Positions 30,829 to 45,465 are shown, counted from the stretch's first letter. The stretch: 64,000 nt of DNA from the human T2T-CHM13v2.0 reference genome, Homo sapiens (GCF_009914755.1 NC_060931.1), one strand, 5' to 3'. Translations and numbers: made by a program. The notes: a model not told the origin generated them from the letters alone.

Positions 30829-31699
30829 CTACAGGTCTTTCTCTTTAAAGCTTGTTCTACAATGATCTGCATTGGATTTGGCTCTTTCTGTAATCACATT
30901 CATATTCTTGGTCTTCACTTTTGCAGTTGTTTAAAGCTGACTTTAAGAACAGCATTTTCAATTTATTTCCATAGCAGCTTTGATAGCCTCAGCATGCTCT
31001 TCAGAATGCTTCCTGCACACTAGGCCTTAAGAGCTAACTGTCTTATACATGATCTCTGTCATGCCAGAATTAAATTTCTTCAGCCTAGTATTGCTTCTTT
31101 GCTACAAAGAGAGAATGTTATCTTATTTCCTTAAGCAGGAAAAACCACTTTTCAATTAGAGTCATAGCTAAAATTATATCCTGATGTGCAACTCCTTGAC
31201 ACTACTAAATGAATGTTGGCATTACTCTTTATTAATATTACACACAATATTTATAGGCTATATGCCATTTTGCAACACATAGGACATGCTACACTTATGT
31301 AGTAATATCAACATGAATAAGACCTAGTCTCTCTCCTCAGGTTACTTTTAGTCTAATAAAGGAGTGATAAGGAGCACAGAAAATTAAAATTCAGGGTGTT
31401 CCTTGAGGGAAGTGTATGTAATTTCACTGGCTTCTGGAAGGCAAGTATTCCTATTTGTGTCCTCAACCACAAGCACATACTTTAATAATTATTTGGCAAT
31501 TAAACAAGTGCTATTCTAGCATATGAACAAAAGGTTCTATTAGCCTGGAATGTGACAAAAGATCTTACTGATTCTTTGAAATGGAAATGGTCCAAAGAGG
31601 AAAGAATATTCAATCTTGACTTTCGAAGATAAATAAGATACTGGTAGGCAGAGAAAATAGACAAACCCTCCTGGCATAGACAATAGTGTGAGCAAAAGT

Positions 31700-32060
31700 A
31701 TCCATACAAGTTCATTCTCTCTCCCTGGAGCTCTCTTTCCCAGATGTCAGTGCCTCTCACCCCTCACTTCACTCGGGCCTCTCCTCAGATGTCATCCCAC
31801 CAGAGACTCCTGCCTCATGACCTTTGTTAAAGTAACACTTTATCCATCACTCTCTTTCCCTTTGCCTGTTATTAAATGTTACTTCTTATTACTAACTTAA
31901 ATATGTACCTAATTTTTCTCCTAATTTTTAGTATCTGTCTCCCTGACTTAAATATAAGCTCCATAAGACAAAGAAAATACTATTTTGTCCACTGTCGAAG
32001 CCTCAGATCCAAGAACAATATTTCACGCAGAGAAGATATTTACTAGGAATAATTTTTTTT
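31700..32060 (+). mobile_element. L2a 3' fragment
   Basis: CCTGGAGCTCTCTTTCCCAGAT..CTCAGATGTCA..TGTCTCCC..ATATAAGCTCCATAAG. Confidence 0.65.
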
Positions 32061-32359
32061 AATTTGTAGGCAATGAAGTAAGTAGAAACAGGGAAGTATA
32101 ATTAATTGGGAGCCTTGATTATTAAGGATAGCTTTAACTAAGGAGCATTCCCTTCTCTGGTTCAGCTCAATGAAAAAGTGAATACTTGATCACCATACAC
32201 TCCACTTGGGAGAAACCCAGGGTTACTACCATCACTCCACCATAGAAGCTCTCTCTGCCCTAACCAAAAAGAGGCACTTCGCTTCTTGTAAGTTGCCAAT
32301 CTCTTCACATTGGCAAATTCATTTATCTCCAAGCATACTTTTTTACTTGCAAATGGATA

Positions 32360-33435
32360 GGCCTTATGTTACCCGAAGAAGGTACCTTGGTATCTCAGGC
32401 AATGAACAGGGCCAGGGAGCCGCCAAAAGTCCCTGTCCTTTGTGTTAAGCTACCAGGGCAGGTGGAAGAGCAAAGCCAGGTGGGGGCTTAGGCAAATCTG
32501 CACTCTTGCTCCTTACATGCAGGCACAAGCATCAGACCCAATGGAGACTGGAGAGCAGTTCTCTGGGCACTAGGGAGACTTTCCAGAAAGGAGCACAGCT
32601 GCCTTTGCTGCACAGAAGAATCCACATGGGAAGTGGTGGGTAGCAGGTGGTAGTAAGCCCTACCCAGCTCCCGTGCATTTGTCAAGGTAGGTCTCACATT
32701 TGTAGAGTTCCACTAGCAGCAGCTTGCTGGGTTTTAAGCAGCCTGCACTGAGAACTCAAAACTGCCCCAGGCCACAAGCCTTCCCTGCTGAGATTGAAAC
32801 CATAGATTTGAAAGCACACCCCTCCCCTTTGCCCATGATGCAGGAGCATCCAGCTCCTGCACCCATGGCTACAGCACACTTCCCACTCACCTCTCAGTTC
32901 TGGCCAAGGGAGTTTGTCTCCACTCAATATTATATCACATATCCTAATTGGAAGCTTCCCTCACTCTGTGACCATCACCCGAGTTAACTGGTGGACTTCT
33001 GCAAGGTCCTCTGTGAGATAGGACCAGTAATGGCTTTCCTCCATCCCCACTGGAGTCTGGGAGTGTACACAAAGCACATCCCCATGCCACTCCTTCTCAT
33101 CTGCTCCCCACCACTCACTAAATCAGCTCGAGTGATGGCAAGGATTAAGACATTCCCCTGTGGTCTGGATTACCAGGTCTCCCAGAGGGAGCGTGTGTCA
33201 CAGAGGCAGTCTCTCTCCCCTCACACTCTGGAGACTCACAGTTTTCTGCCTGGCTCATAGTGTAGGCTACAGCCCACCTCTTCTTTCAAAGGGTCTGTGG
33301 TTTATTTCAGTGTGTTCCTGTTAAGTTCCTATGTTGCCTCTTGGAAAATAGTTCGCAGCATGAATTTCTACACACTATTTTGTCTTTTCAGGTGGGTGAG
33401 GCATGCTAGCCGATGCCTCCAATCCAGCATTGAAA
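32360..33435 (-). mobile_element. Isolated 5' UTR of an older primate L1 (L1PB-type)
   Basis: GC-richer block with antisense L1PB 5' motifs: GGTATCTCAGGCAATG, GCTACCAGGGCAGG, TTCAAAGGGTCTGTGG, GAGGCATGCTAGC..GCCTCCAATCC. Confidence 0.65.
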
Positions 33436-34542
33436 TCATCATTCCTGATGCAAGTCAGTGTCTAGCTGTTTCAAAATGCTGAGAAGTTGGCTGGAATTCT
33501 ACCAAAACTATATGTCAATGAGGTTAAAATTTTTATATATAATATATAACATATATATTTATAATTATATTTAATTCCTTCTTTCTAAGAATGTGGCAAA
33601 CCGCTCTATTTTAGCTGTTTTAAAATATTTTTCAATATGTTTTTTGAATTAAAAAACAATACCAACAATCAGATATTGTCTAAAAATATGGCAAGATTTA
33701 GGAGCTGATAAGCAGAAATTTAGGGATCAAAGCTCTTCATAGAATTCTTGTGATGAATCAAGTACTTTTGCCTATATATCTGATTGGACTGCAATGGAAA
33801 CAAGGCCTTGTCTCACTCTTAAACGCTCAATGGACATGAGCCATACATAGGCTCATAAGTTTTCAGACTATACTAACTGAAGACAGCACTGATAGGTTAA
33901 AAGATTTGTCTAAGTTTAGACATCTAATTAGACATAATGTTAGAAACCAGAACTCTTGTGGCTTCAGTAAAGCAATTCCAGCACTCAAGTCACTCATATC
34001 TAATAAATATGTATGTATGTGTCAGTGAGTGAATGGATTAATGAGTCTAAATTTTTCCAACAAGTCAGTTAATTCTTAACATGGGTTTTTGCAGATTTCT
34101 CACCCATACATATGCAAAAACTTCTTTGGACACAAGAAATTTAATCTCAAAAATATGACATAGATTTAGTGGCTTAAAAATAAGCCTAGACCATACTAGT
34201 AACATTTTGACATATTGTTGCTTGGGTACAAGGCCCTTAAGTCCGTCAACTAGTCCCAGTTTCTTGGTCAATAAATAAAAAGAAAGCTTTTTTTATCTGA
34301 TTATTTACAGGAAAGCCCACTTTAATCATTTTAACCAAATATAACCCATTATTGCTTATTATCCAAGTAGAATTCTCCCAACTATTCTTTAAAACTCTAA
34401 GCAGGAAATAGAGTAAGGATTAGGACTGCCAGAAAACAGTACTTCACCTTTGAATACACTTTTACACTTCTTTTAAGATGTAAGAAAATATAAAGAATAT
34501 AAACTTGACTAACCAGCATTGTAAAGAGAAGCATCATAGCAT

Positions 34543-34646
34543 CATATATATGTATATATATATGTGTGTGTGTATATACATATATATCATATATATGTGT
34601 GTATATACACACACACACACACACATATACACATATATGTATATGT
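34543..34646. repeat. Compound TA/TG/CA microsatellite
   Basis: Read directly from the sequence. Confidence 0.9.
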
Positions 34647-34647
34647 A

Positions 34648-34799
34648 GCTGGGCAGCCGCACGTGTAGTCCCAGCTACTCTAGAAGCTGAGGTGGGAGGT
34701 TGAAGCCAGAAGTTCCATGCTGCAGTGCGCTATGACCATGCCTGTGAATAGCCTCTGCACTCCAGCCTAGGCAACATACTGAGATCCTATCTCTTACAA

Positions 34800-34800
<1 letters not shown>
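34648..34800 (+). mobile_element. FAM (fossil Alu monomer)
   Basis: Diagnostic GCAGTGCGCTATGACCATGCCTGTGAATAGCCTCTGCACTCCAGCC; monomer length. Confidence 0.85.

Positions 34801-34802
<2 letters not shown>

Positions 34803-34846
<44 letters not shown>
34803..34846. repeat. (GA)22 microsatellite at the FAM tail
   Basis: Read directly from the sequence. Confidence 0.97.
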
Positions 34847-34849
<3 letters not shown>

Positions 34850-35199
34850 TTACATTCCTGTCCTTAGCCTTTATTCACATCAGTAAGAGCACTTTGCTTC
34901 AACTTTCGGACCCAGTGATGCTTGAGCACATCATTTTTGATTATATGACTTAAAATGATGATTAGGAGAAGTCAGGAGTTAATAGGAGATAGGAATCAAG
35001 GAAACTAGATACTATACATATAGCAAGAGTCATGAAAATGACACAGAATACGTTTGGTTCCCATCACCTCTCTTTTACTTATTTGCTGAAACATCATGGA
35101 TCAGTTACTTAAATTTCTCTGACATGAAGTTTATCCAATGTAATAAAGACACATTCCTGAGAGGACTAAATTGGCAATTTTTGTATATTTCAAGAATAC

Positions 35200-35490
35200 T
35201 GTGAGTTTTAATACAGTTGCATCAGCCATATGTGAGTACTGAGTACTTGAAAAGTGACCAGTCTGAATTAAGATATGCTATATTTGTCAGATGAATCCTG
35301 GATATTTGAAGACTTAGTAACTAAGCAGCAAAATACATCATTTATAATTTTACATTGACTGCATGTTGAAATGATATTTTAGATATATATATATAGTTAA
35401 ATCAAATATATTAAAATTCATTTTACTTTTTTTACTTAACATCGCTACCAGAATATTTGAAAATACAAATATTTATATTGCACAGCATTA
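35200..35490 (+). mobile_element. MER33 (hAT-Charlie)
   Basis: AGCCATATGTGAGTACTGAGTACTTGAAA..GAAGACTTAGTA..CATGTTGAAATGATA..TATATTGCACAGCA. Confidence 0.8.
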
Positions 35491-35794
35491 TATGAATATT
35501 TTGCCATTTCCCCTCCTAGACCAAAATCACCTTGACAGTAAGGGTTCTCTGTCTTATTTATCTTGTGGTCCCAGGATCTAGTAAAAATCCTGACACAAAG
35601 AAGACCTCCAATAAATATGTGTAAAATTTACAATGAGTAAAAATAGTAATTTTAATCAGGAGTTCTTAATGCAGTTTCCTAAAGAAGGATTACCGCCCTT
35701 ATAAATATACAAACTCAGACCACATTTCCTTGGTTTCCTATCCCATTACTCAGATTTTCAAATAATACTTGTTCTGGTCTCACTGTTTCCCATA

Positions 35795-37955
35795 ACTTAT
35801 GAGTCAAAGGAGAAATTACAAGTAAAATTAGAAAACATATTGAACTAAATGAAAATTAAAATGCAACATATTCAATTTTAAGCAGTGTCTAGAAGAATAT
35901 TTATGGCTTTACAAGGGGAAGAAATCCTAAAATTAATTATTTAAACTTCCATCTTAAAATACGGTTTGAAAAAATTAGAGCAAATTAAGCTAAAAATAAG
36001 CAGAAGGAATGGAATAATAATTTTAGAAAGAACAGATTCTACTGAAATAAAAATAGGAAAATGAATGTGCCCCAAAGCTTATTTTGAAAGAGCAGAAAAA
36101 TTGATAAACTCCTAGACAGACAGTTCAGAAAAAAAAGATTCTACAATGAATATTAACACCAAAACAAGAGCCCATTACAAACAATTTACTGTGAATAAAT
36201 TCAACATAAATACAATGAACAAATCCAAAACTAATACAACACATTAGAATAGAAGATATCTTAAATAATTCATGTTATTTAAGTTAACTGAGTCTGTAGT
36301 TTAATACTTTCCACAAAGAAAAGTCTAGACCAATGTGGCTCTAATGGTTAATTGTATAAAAAAAAAAGAAAATGAAATAATATAAATTCCATGCATATTG
36401 TTGCAACAACTAGAAGGGGAGGGAGTATTTTCCAATGAATTTTATGAAGCTAGCATTACTATGATAAAACATTGAGACAAAGACATTAAAATTAAAGTAC
36501 AGATCAATATCTCTCATGAATATAGAAACAAAAATCCTTACGAAAATTTTAACAAATGGAATCCAAAGACAAAAAAAAATTAATACCACCTGACCAAGTG
36601 TACAGTTCAAAGATATTTGACAAATGAACAATTCTAGTAGTGCAAGTGTAGTTTAACATTAAAAACAATTAGTGTAATTCACAGTACTAATAGATGAAAA
36701 AAACAAAACCGTACAGTTATTTCAACAGATGCAGAATATGCTTTGTCAAAATGTAACACTTACTGATGATAAACAACAAGCACAAAACAGTAACTCATGG
36801 AAAACAACTTAACATTAAACTTAATGATGACAAACTAAATGCTTTCACCCAGGATCAAAGGAAAACTAAATATATGCATTTTCAACACACCTATTCAACA
36901 TTTTCAACATGCCTACTCAACATATAGAAGGACCTAGTCAGTGGAATAATACTAGAGAATCAATATATAGCCTGTGGATAGAAAATGAAGCAAAAAAAAA
37001 CTATTTTTACTTATAGATGAAATGATTCTTACAAATCCATTAAAAGAAACTAAAATTTAAAATGGGAAAACAAATGACCCTGAAAAAAATGCACAAATGA
37101 TTCGTACAGACACAATACATAAATTGTTTTAAAAAAATCCTGAAATACGGCTCAGCACTATTAGTCATCAGGAAAATACGTATAAAATCCACAATGATAT
37201 GCCATTATGCATCCATTACAACAGTTAAATCAGAAAGACGTACAATATCATGTGCTGGCGAATATGTGTAGCAGTCTTATAAATTTCTGGTGGGATTTTA
37301 AGTGGTACAACCTCTTGGGGAAACAGCTTATTTCAGTTTCTCAAAAAACTAAACATATACTTATCATATGACTCATCAATCCTATATCTATGCATTTACT
37401 AAAGAGAAATAAAAGGCACATATTCACACAGCTTCAACATGCATGTTCATAGAAGCTGTATTCATATAATCAAAAACTGGAAACAAATATCTAGCAATAT
37501 GTGGGCAGATAAATACATTTTTGGTAATATCTAGATAATGGTTTATTATTTACCAATAAATATGAATGAAGTACTGATAAATGCAGCTACATGATAAATC
37601 TCAAAAAAACATTATACTGAGGAACAGAAACCACATATAGAAGAATAATTTTTTTTTTTTTGGCTCAAACAATGGAAGTTTATTTGCTCGTGGATCTGTT
37701 TATGTGGAATTCTAGAAAGGGCAAAACTAATCTATAATGTCAGAAAGCAGATTGGTTTTTGCCTTGTGTTCAGGGTGTTTGTAAATGTGCAGGGGAATGA
37801 AGGCAGATTTCACTGTAAGGATCATGAATAAATTTTTGTGTATATATTTTATATTTCAAATATAATGATAATTTGTCAAAACTCATTGAAACTTTCACTT
37901 GAGTATATTTTCTAATTTATAAATCATGCCTCAATAAACTCATCTGAAAAAAATA
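35795..37955 (+). mobile_element. Old L1ME-type remnant (ORF2 pieces plus 3' UTR)
   Basis: AATTTTATGAAGCTAGCATTAC, CAATATCTCTCATGAATATAGA, TCAACAGATGCAGAA, GGCAAAACTAATCTATAATG; ends CCTCAATAAAC. Confidence 0.75.
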
Positions 37956-40543
37956 GGAATTGGTTGCTAGGGAGAGGGAATAGATATGAAAAAGTTACAC
38001 TCATGAGAAAAGGCACCTAGGGAGGAACGCATAGGACATCTGTGGGAGTAGTGGCAAGTTCCATTCAATTGGAACAGAAGACAAATGAACAGAAATTGTT
38101 GCAACACAAATTAGAACACTAAATAGAGTTAGAACAGTGAAGGTCATAAACATCAGAATAAACATCTCAAACATTATTTGTAAACTGATAAGAATGCATC
38201 AATTTTTATTTGCCTTTCTCTGTTTTTCCTCACCTTTCCTCTCTTCTCTCTCCTCCTTTCTTATCTTTTTTTTTCTTTTTTAACATTTGGAGTAACATCC
38301 TCAGACAAGTAGATAGACAAGCCTCCAGCAAACAATGGGAGGAAGAATGCCATGATTCCTCCTTAAATTGTAGAAGCTCTCTGGCCTCTGCTGTGCATAA
38401 TCTGCCTACCCATCAAATCACAAAATTTGTTTGTTTATATAATATCATCCTTTCTCACAGCTTTTATCAGCAGAGTTCTTAAGTTCTCAAGGGAACTGTC
38501 TATTTGAGGAACTATAAGGATTGGTCAAATATGCTGGAATACTGCAAAGGCTAAAAAAATGAGATTCTTTATAAGACTATGAATCCAGTGAACTAAATAT
38601 TAGGCAAGACAACATTGTTTTATCCAGATGGCTAATTTGCATGACTCCGTTTAACACTTGATTTTTTTCCACACACATCTCCTTATTATAAAGACTGTTA
38701 TAAGAAACACATTACCTCGTTTGGAGAGAAAAATACCTTGCAGAAATCTGGCAGCCAGATTTGAGTCTTGCTATTCATGTTTCTAAAATGAAGGCGAAAA
38801 GAGGTTTAAAGGATTTGGGACTTTGAAAAGGCAGTAGCTACTTTGGTAGCCTCCTGTGAATGGTCTTTTCTTAGATTAACAAGCTAGTGAAGTTTTAAAT
38901 ACGAGCTTTTTAAAATAAAGTCTTGCTTGAAAAGTTCAAGATCAAAATTCAGATAGTGTCTCAGTATCACTATTATTTCAAAGTTCAATTACTGTGTGTA
39001 ATTAAGCATGTTTCAAAGGTTTTATAGAAAATAAAACATTTAGGTGATATGAAATTATAAAAATGTGTTAATATATGATATAAAAATATGATATCAATAT
39101 AGCAATATAACTGTTGTTACTTTTAATTTCCCATCAAGCAGGGATCCCCAATGTTTGCCTTCAGTCTAAACACTACCAAAATTGTTTTCTATTTGTACAT
39201 GGCACTCCTGATAATTATTATCTCTACTTAATAACTGTTTTAGCACATTCTTGTAATATCATTGTATCGCACTTGTAAGTGTAGAATAAGATGTCTAAAA
39301 AGTAGCACAGTAGCATTATCTGAAGTAGAGGTGAAGCAGCATCAACATTTGGTCATATCTCACACCCTCTCTGAAATACTCACTTCTGTGAACTTGAGCA
39401 TTGCATGCCCATCATGGTTGCTCTCTCCTAGACAACTAAAGAAAAAAGAAAGTTAGTAAGGAACAGAATAGAAAATTTAATATTTAGGAATTATAGAGAT
39501 CCACAAACCAAAGGAATTTGTTATTTATATTCTGTCAATATTCAGGCTGAAGCCAAAGAAATTGAGACAGATTTGAATTCTACTTCACTGAGTGTTGCTT
39601 AGGAAAGTCACAAACTCTCTTAACCTCAGTAGTATCACCTATGTAAATGATGTGTCAGATAAATCTATGAGAGAACTTTGTAGTATTAAACCATATTACA
39701 CACAGCTACATGGTAACATCAACATTAACGAAAGGCATGAATATGTGGAGACTTGAATTTGAGTCCTGACAGCAGAATGTGTTAATTTTATGAATTTGGT
39801 TGGTTTTCTAAATTTCTCTAAGTCTCAGTTTTCTAATCACTAAATTAATGATAATAATATTTACTTCATAGAATGGTTGTGAAGATTAAGTGATGATCAA
39901 TTTAAAGTAGCATGCAAAGTAGCTGTTTTTTCCTCTGAAGCAATTCTAAGTGTTGGACACCAGCACAAATAAAGTGACTCCCTCTTCTATAGATTCAAAA
40001 CAAATGTAGACTCTACAAATATAAGGCAGAACAAAACAAAACAAAATTTAAAATATATAGTTGCAGGTAGTTTAGCTTCTCTAGTAACCCTAATAACTCT
40101 AATAATTACTTCTTCCACATGTTTTTGTTGTTGTTGTTTTAGGTCAGAATGAATACTCTCTCACTAATCAACCTGATGTTTTTCTTCAAAATATTCCAAA
40201 ATAAATGCTACCCGAGTATGCAAAGGGACCAGTATGCAAATTCAATTCTGTATTCTCCGCAACTACTGTTTTTTTTTAAGAAATAGTTTTCAGAAATTTA
40301 TCTATGTCCCCGAGTTAATCATTTCTTTACCCATTTCCTTCTGTTTCATATGCTCAGGAACCTAATGCTTTTTTCAATAGTTTAAAAATAATTATTTTCT
40401 ACACAAAATAAACAACAATTACATGACCACCAAAAGAAGCTTTTAAAAATTCTCTTTTAATTAACAAATTGAGATCTGAAAAGTTTATAAATGATTGAAA
40501 AGTAAAAATAAGATATTATCTTGCTTAAAAAAATGAAGCAGCA

Positions 40544-40825
40544 GGCTGGGCACAGTGGCTCACACCTGTAATCCCAGAACTTTGGGAGGCTGAGGCAGGT
40601 GGATCATCTGAGGTCAGGTGTTCAAGACCAGCCTGGAAAAGATGGTGAAACCCCATCTCTACTAAAAATACAAAAATTAGCCGGGCATGGTGGCGGGCAC
40701 CTGGAATCCCAGCTACTCAAGAAGCTGATGCAGGAGCATCACTGGAACCTGGGAGGCGGAGGTTGCAGTAAGCCAAGATCATACCACTGCACTCCAACCT
40801 GGGTGAAGGAGCGAGACTCTGTCTC

Positions 40826-40861
<36 letters not shown>

Positions 40862-40888
40862 GAAACAAAGAAACAAAAACAAACAAAC
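40544..40888 (+). mobile_element. AluS with (A)n(AAAAG)n(AAAC)n tail
   Basis: Full dimer; 15-bp TSD AAAAAATGAAGCAGC at 40528-40542 and 40889-40903. Confidence 0.95.
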
Positions 40889-41302
40889 AAAAAATGAAGC
40901 AGCCTAGAAGAAAAAATGACTTAATAAAAGAAATAAATGAAATAGAGAAATATGAGCCAAATAGGTATTATAACCCTAATATTTTCAATTCTATTTATAT
41001 AATCCAAATATCAACAATATGCTCTTGTGATAAATCAGATTGAATTATCAGTGACAAGTGGAAGCTTTCTCTGCTGCTAAGTCACGACAGAACTGAAGCA
41101 ATTTGTTAACTACACATTTTGATGAATTTCTAAAAACTGTTCTATTAATGTATTAACCATTTATAAAAGAGATTTTAAGGAAATATAGAATTTGGGTAAA
41201 GTGATCATAAACTTTTGAAAAAGAAACTCTTTTATTATATTAATATGCTTAAGAATGCAATAAAATAACTGGGTCGTAGGAGATCATCCTGGGAATATTA
41301 TT

Positions 41303-41590
<288 letters not shown>

Positions 41591-42404
41591 AGGAATATTA
41601 TTTTACCCAAGAGAAGTTTTAATCTGTCCTAATATCCACAGATCAACAGAATATGGGTATCAATTACTTAAATGAAGAGCTTGATAAGAATTTCCAAAAG
41701 GCATGATAGAAAGATAATTGTAAAGGGGGAAACAAAGAAAGATTGGGCTTAAGAATGATTAGTGGAGATCCAAGAGGAGAGCACTTTGTTTGGGGAATGT
41801 TATTCACGTCTACAGTAAAAATTAGGGAATTTCATTTGTAAACAGGATGGAATCTACCAGTGTTAATGGTAGTTGTCATGGATACAGTTAAGCTTTTCAA
41901 ATCATCTGAAAATAATCAGCCTATACCTGTCAATGGAACATTAAGTATAGAGGACCAGAGAAGTGAAGACAAAAAATAAACCATTGGATATTTAGACACT
42001 ATTCATTCCTAGATCATCAATGAAAGGTTATCTTAATTGCATGATAATTCAAAATTCTTAGTCTTTTAATGTAAATGTTTTTCAGCATTTGTCAAAAAAA
42101 GTAAGCAAAACATAAATTAATATATCTCTTTTATCATATATCTATTGACCCTATTCTAAAATAGCAAAATATACCCAAGTTATGGTTCTTCTTTCAAAAA
42201 CCATGTTTTTGTTGTTTTAACTGAATTTTATATTAAAAGATTCTACACTATTTTTAAATCGGTTAGTTATCCAGTTGGGGAAATGAGGCACATCAACTTT
42301 TTACTGCTCCCTACTTTCTGCTCTTTACCACACAGAGCATGGCTAAGCTGCCATAATGAAAAAGACATAAAAGAACAAAAAAAGAGAAGTATGTGAAAAA
42401 AGAA

Positions 42405-42545
42405 AGAGAAGGAAGGAAGGAAGGAAGGAAAGAAGGAAGGAAGGAAGGACAGGGGAAGGAGGGGACAGGAGGCAAGGGGAGGGAAGGGAGAGGAGGGGAG
42501 GGGTGGGGAGGGGAAGGGGAGGGGAGGGAAAGGGAGGGGAAGATT
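42405..42545. repeat. Polypurine (GGAA)n/(GGGGA)n tract
   Basis: Read directly from the sequence. Confidence 0.9.
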
Positions 42546-45044
42546 AGACAGAGGAAATAAATTTATTTCTCCCTTGAAAGTGACATATAATCCAGAGTAG
42601 GTAGGCGGCTCTGCTTAGTGAGATCATTCAGGAACTCAAATTCCTTCTGTCTTCAGGTTTCATTGCTCCCCAAAGTTCTTTTGTGCACTTTTAACAAACT
42701 CCCAGATGACATCGATGCTGTTGGTTGGTGCATGGATACACTTTCTGTACAGGAATGTGACTCTGGACTAATAGAGTCGCAACTAGCTAATTAAAATCTA
42801 AAATTAAAATATCTTTAATGTCGCTGGCCACAATTCAAATACTCAATTCTCACAGATGACTGGTGGCTATCATTACAGACCTTGGAGACCAAGAACATTT
42901 TCATCAGCACAGAAAGTGATAGTAAGAAGGCTGATCTTGAGTATAGTGTACTTGTATAATTTATTATCTTTAGTGACCAATTATTACTATATTTTACACT
43001 ACTGATACTTTCTAGATTTGGCTAGAGTTATATTTCTTATGTCTTGCTAACAGAAACAAACAATGTTATTCTCATAACTACTTTCTAACTCTCAACTATC
43101 ATTATATCAAAAGATCTTCCTGAATTTTATGTGGACAGATAGTCTTAACTCTTTGTTTGTATTCCTGAGACCAAGATTTCCCTTGAATTGTTTTTCTACT
43201 CTAATGATTTCTTATTTTGTTTCAGTTATTTATTTAACAAACATTTTAAATGCTTACCATAATCATAGTTAATATCTACAAAGACTTTAATATACGCCAA
43301 GTATTATAAGCCTTTCACTTTATTTCTGTCTTAAAATTCTTACATCAAAATTAAATATATTATTTTCCTCATTTGACAGATAAGAAATCTAAGAGATCTA
43401 AAGAGGGTAGATACGATTTGCCCCCCACCCCACCAAAAAATAAAAAACAGTTAATGTTTGAAATGTGATTCAATGACAAAACTTCATAATCCACCTATTT
43501 AACTACTGTGATATTTCCTTTATGCCAGCTATCTTGGTACCTTTACCCTGACTATGAGAAGAAGGGAAGAGGAAGAGAAAACAAAGCATCTGCAAGCTCA
43601 ATAAGACATGATACATTATCAGGGGATAACAAACAAGCTCATCAATGCTACAGAAATAGGAGTGAAAACTAGTAAATATCTCTACATGTATAGAAACTCA
43701 GAAAACATAGTTTAATGATGCACAAACTAAAGCACTTGGGTCACTGACCCAGAGGAATCAAGGGACTAATTATCAACTTGCACATGGGACAGTGATTGCT
43801 GCAAACAGAAACCATATTGTCCTGTAGTAACTAATGCCAAAAAGGAATCAGACACACCAATATCCTCTCAACTGGAGAAGAGGCAGGCAAGTAATATAAA
43901 AGAGAAAGCCGGGGAAACAGATCTATTTGTAGAATTAGCCCTTTAGAAAAGTAGATTAGAAGAGATAATCAAGCCATGCAAAGTTCACAAAGTCTTCTCT
44001 GATTTGGTCAAGTCAGAATTTGAGATCTGAACTAAAATCTGGTCCAAAACCACGGAGTGTAGGAAGCCAATGACAGATAAAATTGGGCTTAAGGTAACAA
44101 ACTTACCACCGTAAAATCCTGACCAGTATTGAGAAAGTATAGAAAAGGATTCAGCACCCAAGTGACAGAGCTTCAGACATTGTTAGAGTATCACATCTGC
44201 AAAAAATAAAGCCAAAGTTCTAGGTAAGGCTTCAACTACGACGACGAGCAACTGTAGTGCCAGGCAGAGCTGCTGAGGCAGAGCCTCAGTCCTCTGCTCC
44301 AAGGTGTGGGGCAGAGGGCCATGCAAGTTTGGGACTCTCAAGGCCAAGCGAATGTTCAAGGGTCACATCATAGATACTGGACAACTCAGATATTTGGCAA
44401 TAAAATGTATCCTATACCTAGCTGGTAAGGTTGGAACTCCTTATATATACTCCTTGAGTAAGACAGGGACTAATTAGTCTGACTCTGTGTAGAGCCCAAG
44501 ACGGTCTGGGGAAAAGCAACAGTTGGCATTCTACATTACACAAAAGTTGTCCTGACCTCTAATTCTGTCATCTACAAAATTCCTCTGACTTACGTATTAC
44601 TTGTCAGTCACTGATAAACTGCCTTAACTGTCTTTCTTGCATAAGCTCTTTAAAGGAAAACTAGTATTCATCCGTATATTTTCTAGTAGTTTTTTTTCTC
44701 CTTCATACCCATAGAAAATATATTCCTTATATATAGATCACTCATACCCTGAAGTATATCTACACAGATTTTTAAAATACTTATTGTGTCTTCTTAGTAA
44801 AAGTCTTTGTGACTTAGGTCATATGACTTTGTTTCAAAATATAAACAATCTCCATTTACAACAGTTAATGCTATTCCAAAGATTTACTTAGGTAGTTACA
44901 TTTAGTGTATATTAAATTTTGTTTTCTGATTCCTGGATTTGTTATATTTCTTTACAGGATATTCTCTTAATTTTTGAAAGCTATTTCCAAGCTCTTCTTC
45001 TCTAAAAATTAAGAATTCACACACAATGGTTTTATTTCTATGGG

Positions 45045-45465
45045 CTTTTTTTTTAAAAAAAAAATAAATGTTGTTGTGTATATGCGACACTTATAACATG
45101 ATATTATGGGATTCATATAGGTAATAAAAGGGTTGCTATAATAAAGTAGATTAGCATATCTATCAGCTCACATAGTTACTTTATTTGTGACAAGAACAGC
45201 TACAATCTACTTATTTAACCACAATCCCTAATAAATATAATTTTATTAACATTAGTCATTTTGTTGTACATTATACCTCTAAATTCATTCACTCTACATA
45301 TTATTTTGTATCCATTAACCTGTATCTCCCCATTTCCTTACCTCCTTACCCCAAGCCCATAGTAACAACTGTTTCATTCTCTATATCTGTATGTTTGAAC
45401 TCTCTTATACACACTCACACACACTTCACATATAATGATCACGCAATATTTTTCATTCTGTGTTG
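45045..45465 (-). mobile_element. L1MA9-like 3' end
   Basis: AACATGATATTATGGGAT..GCATATCTATCAGCTCACATAGTTAC..GACAAGAACAGCTACAATCTACTTATTTA. Confidence 0.8.
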
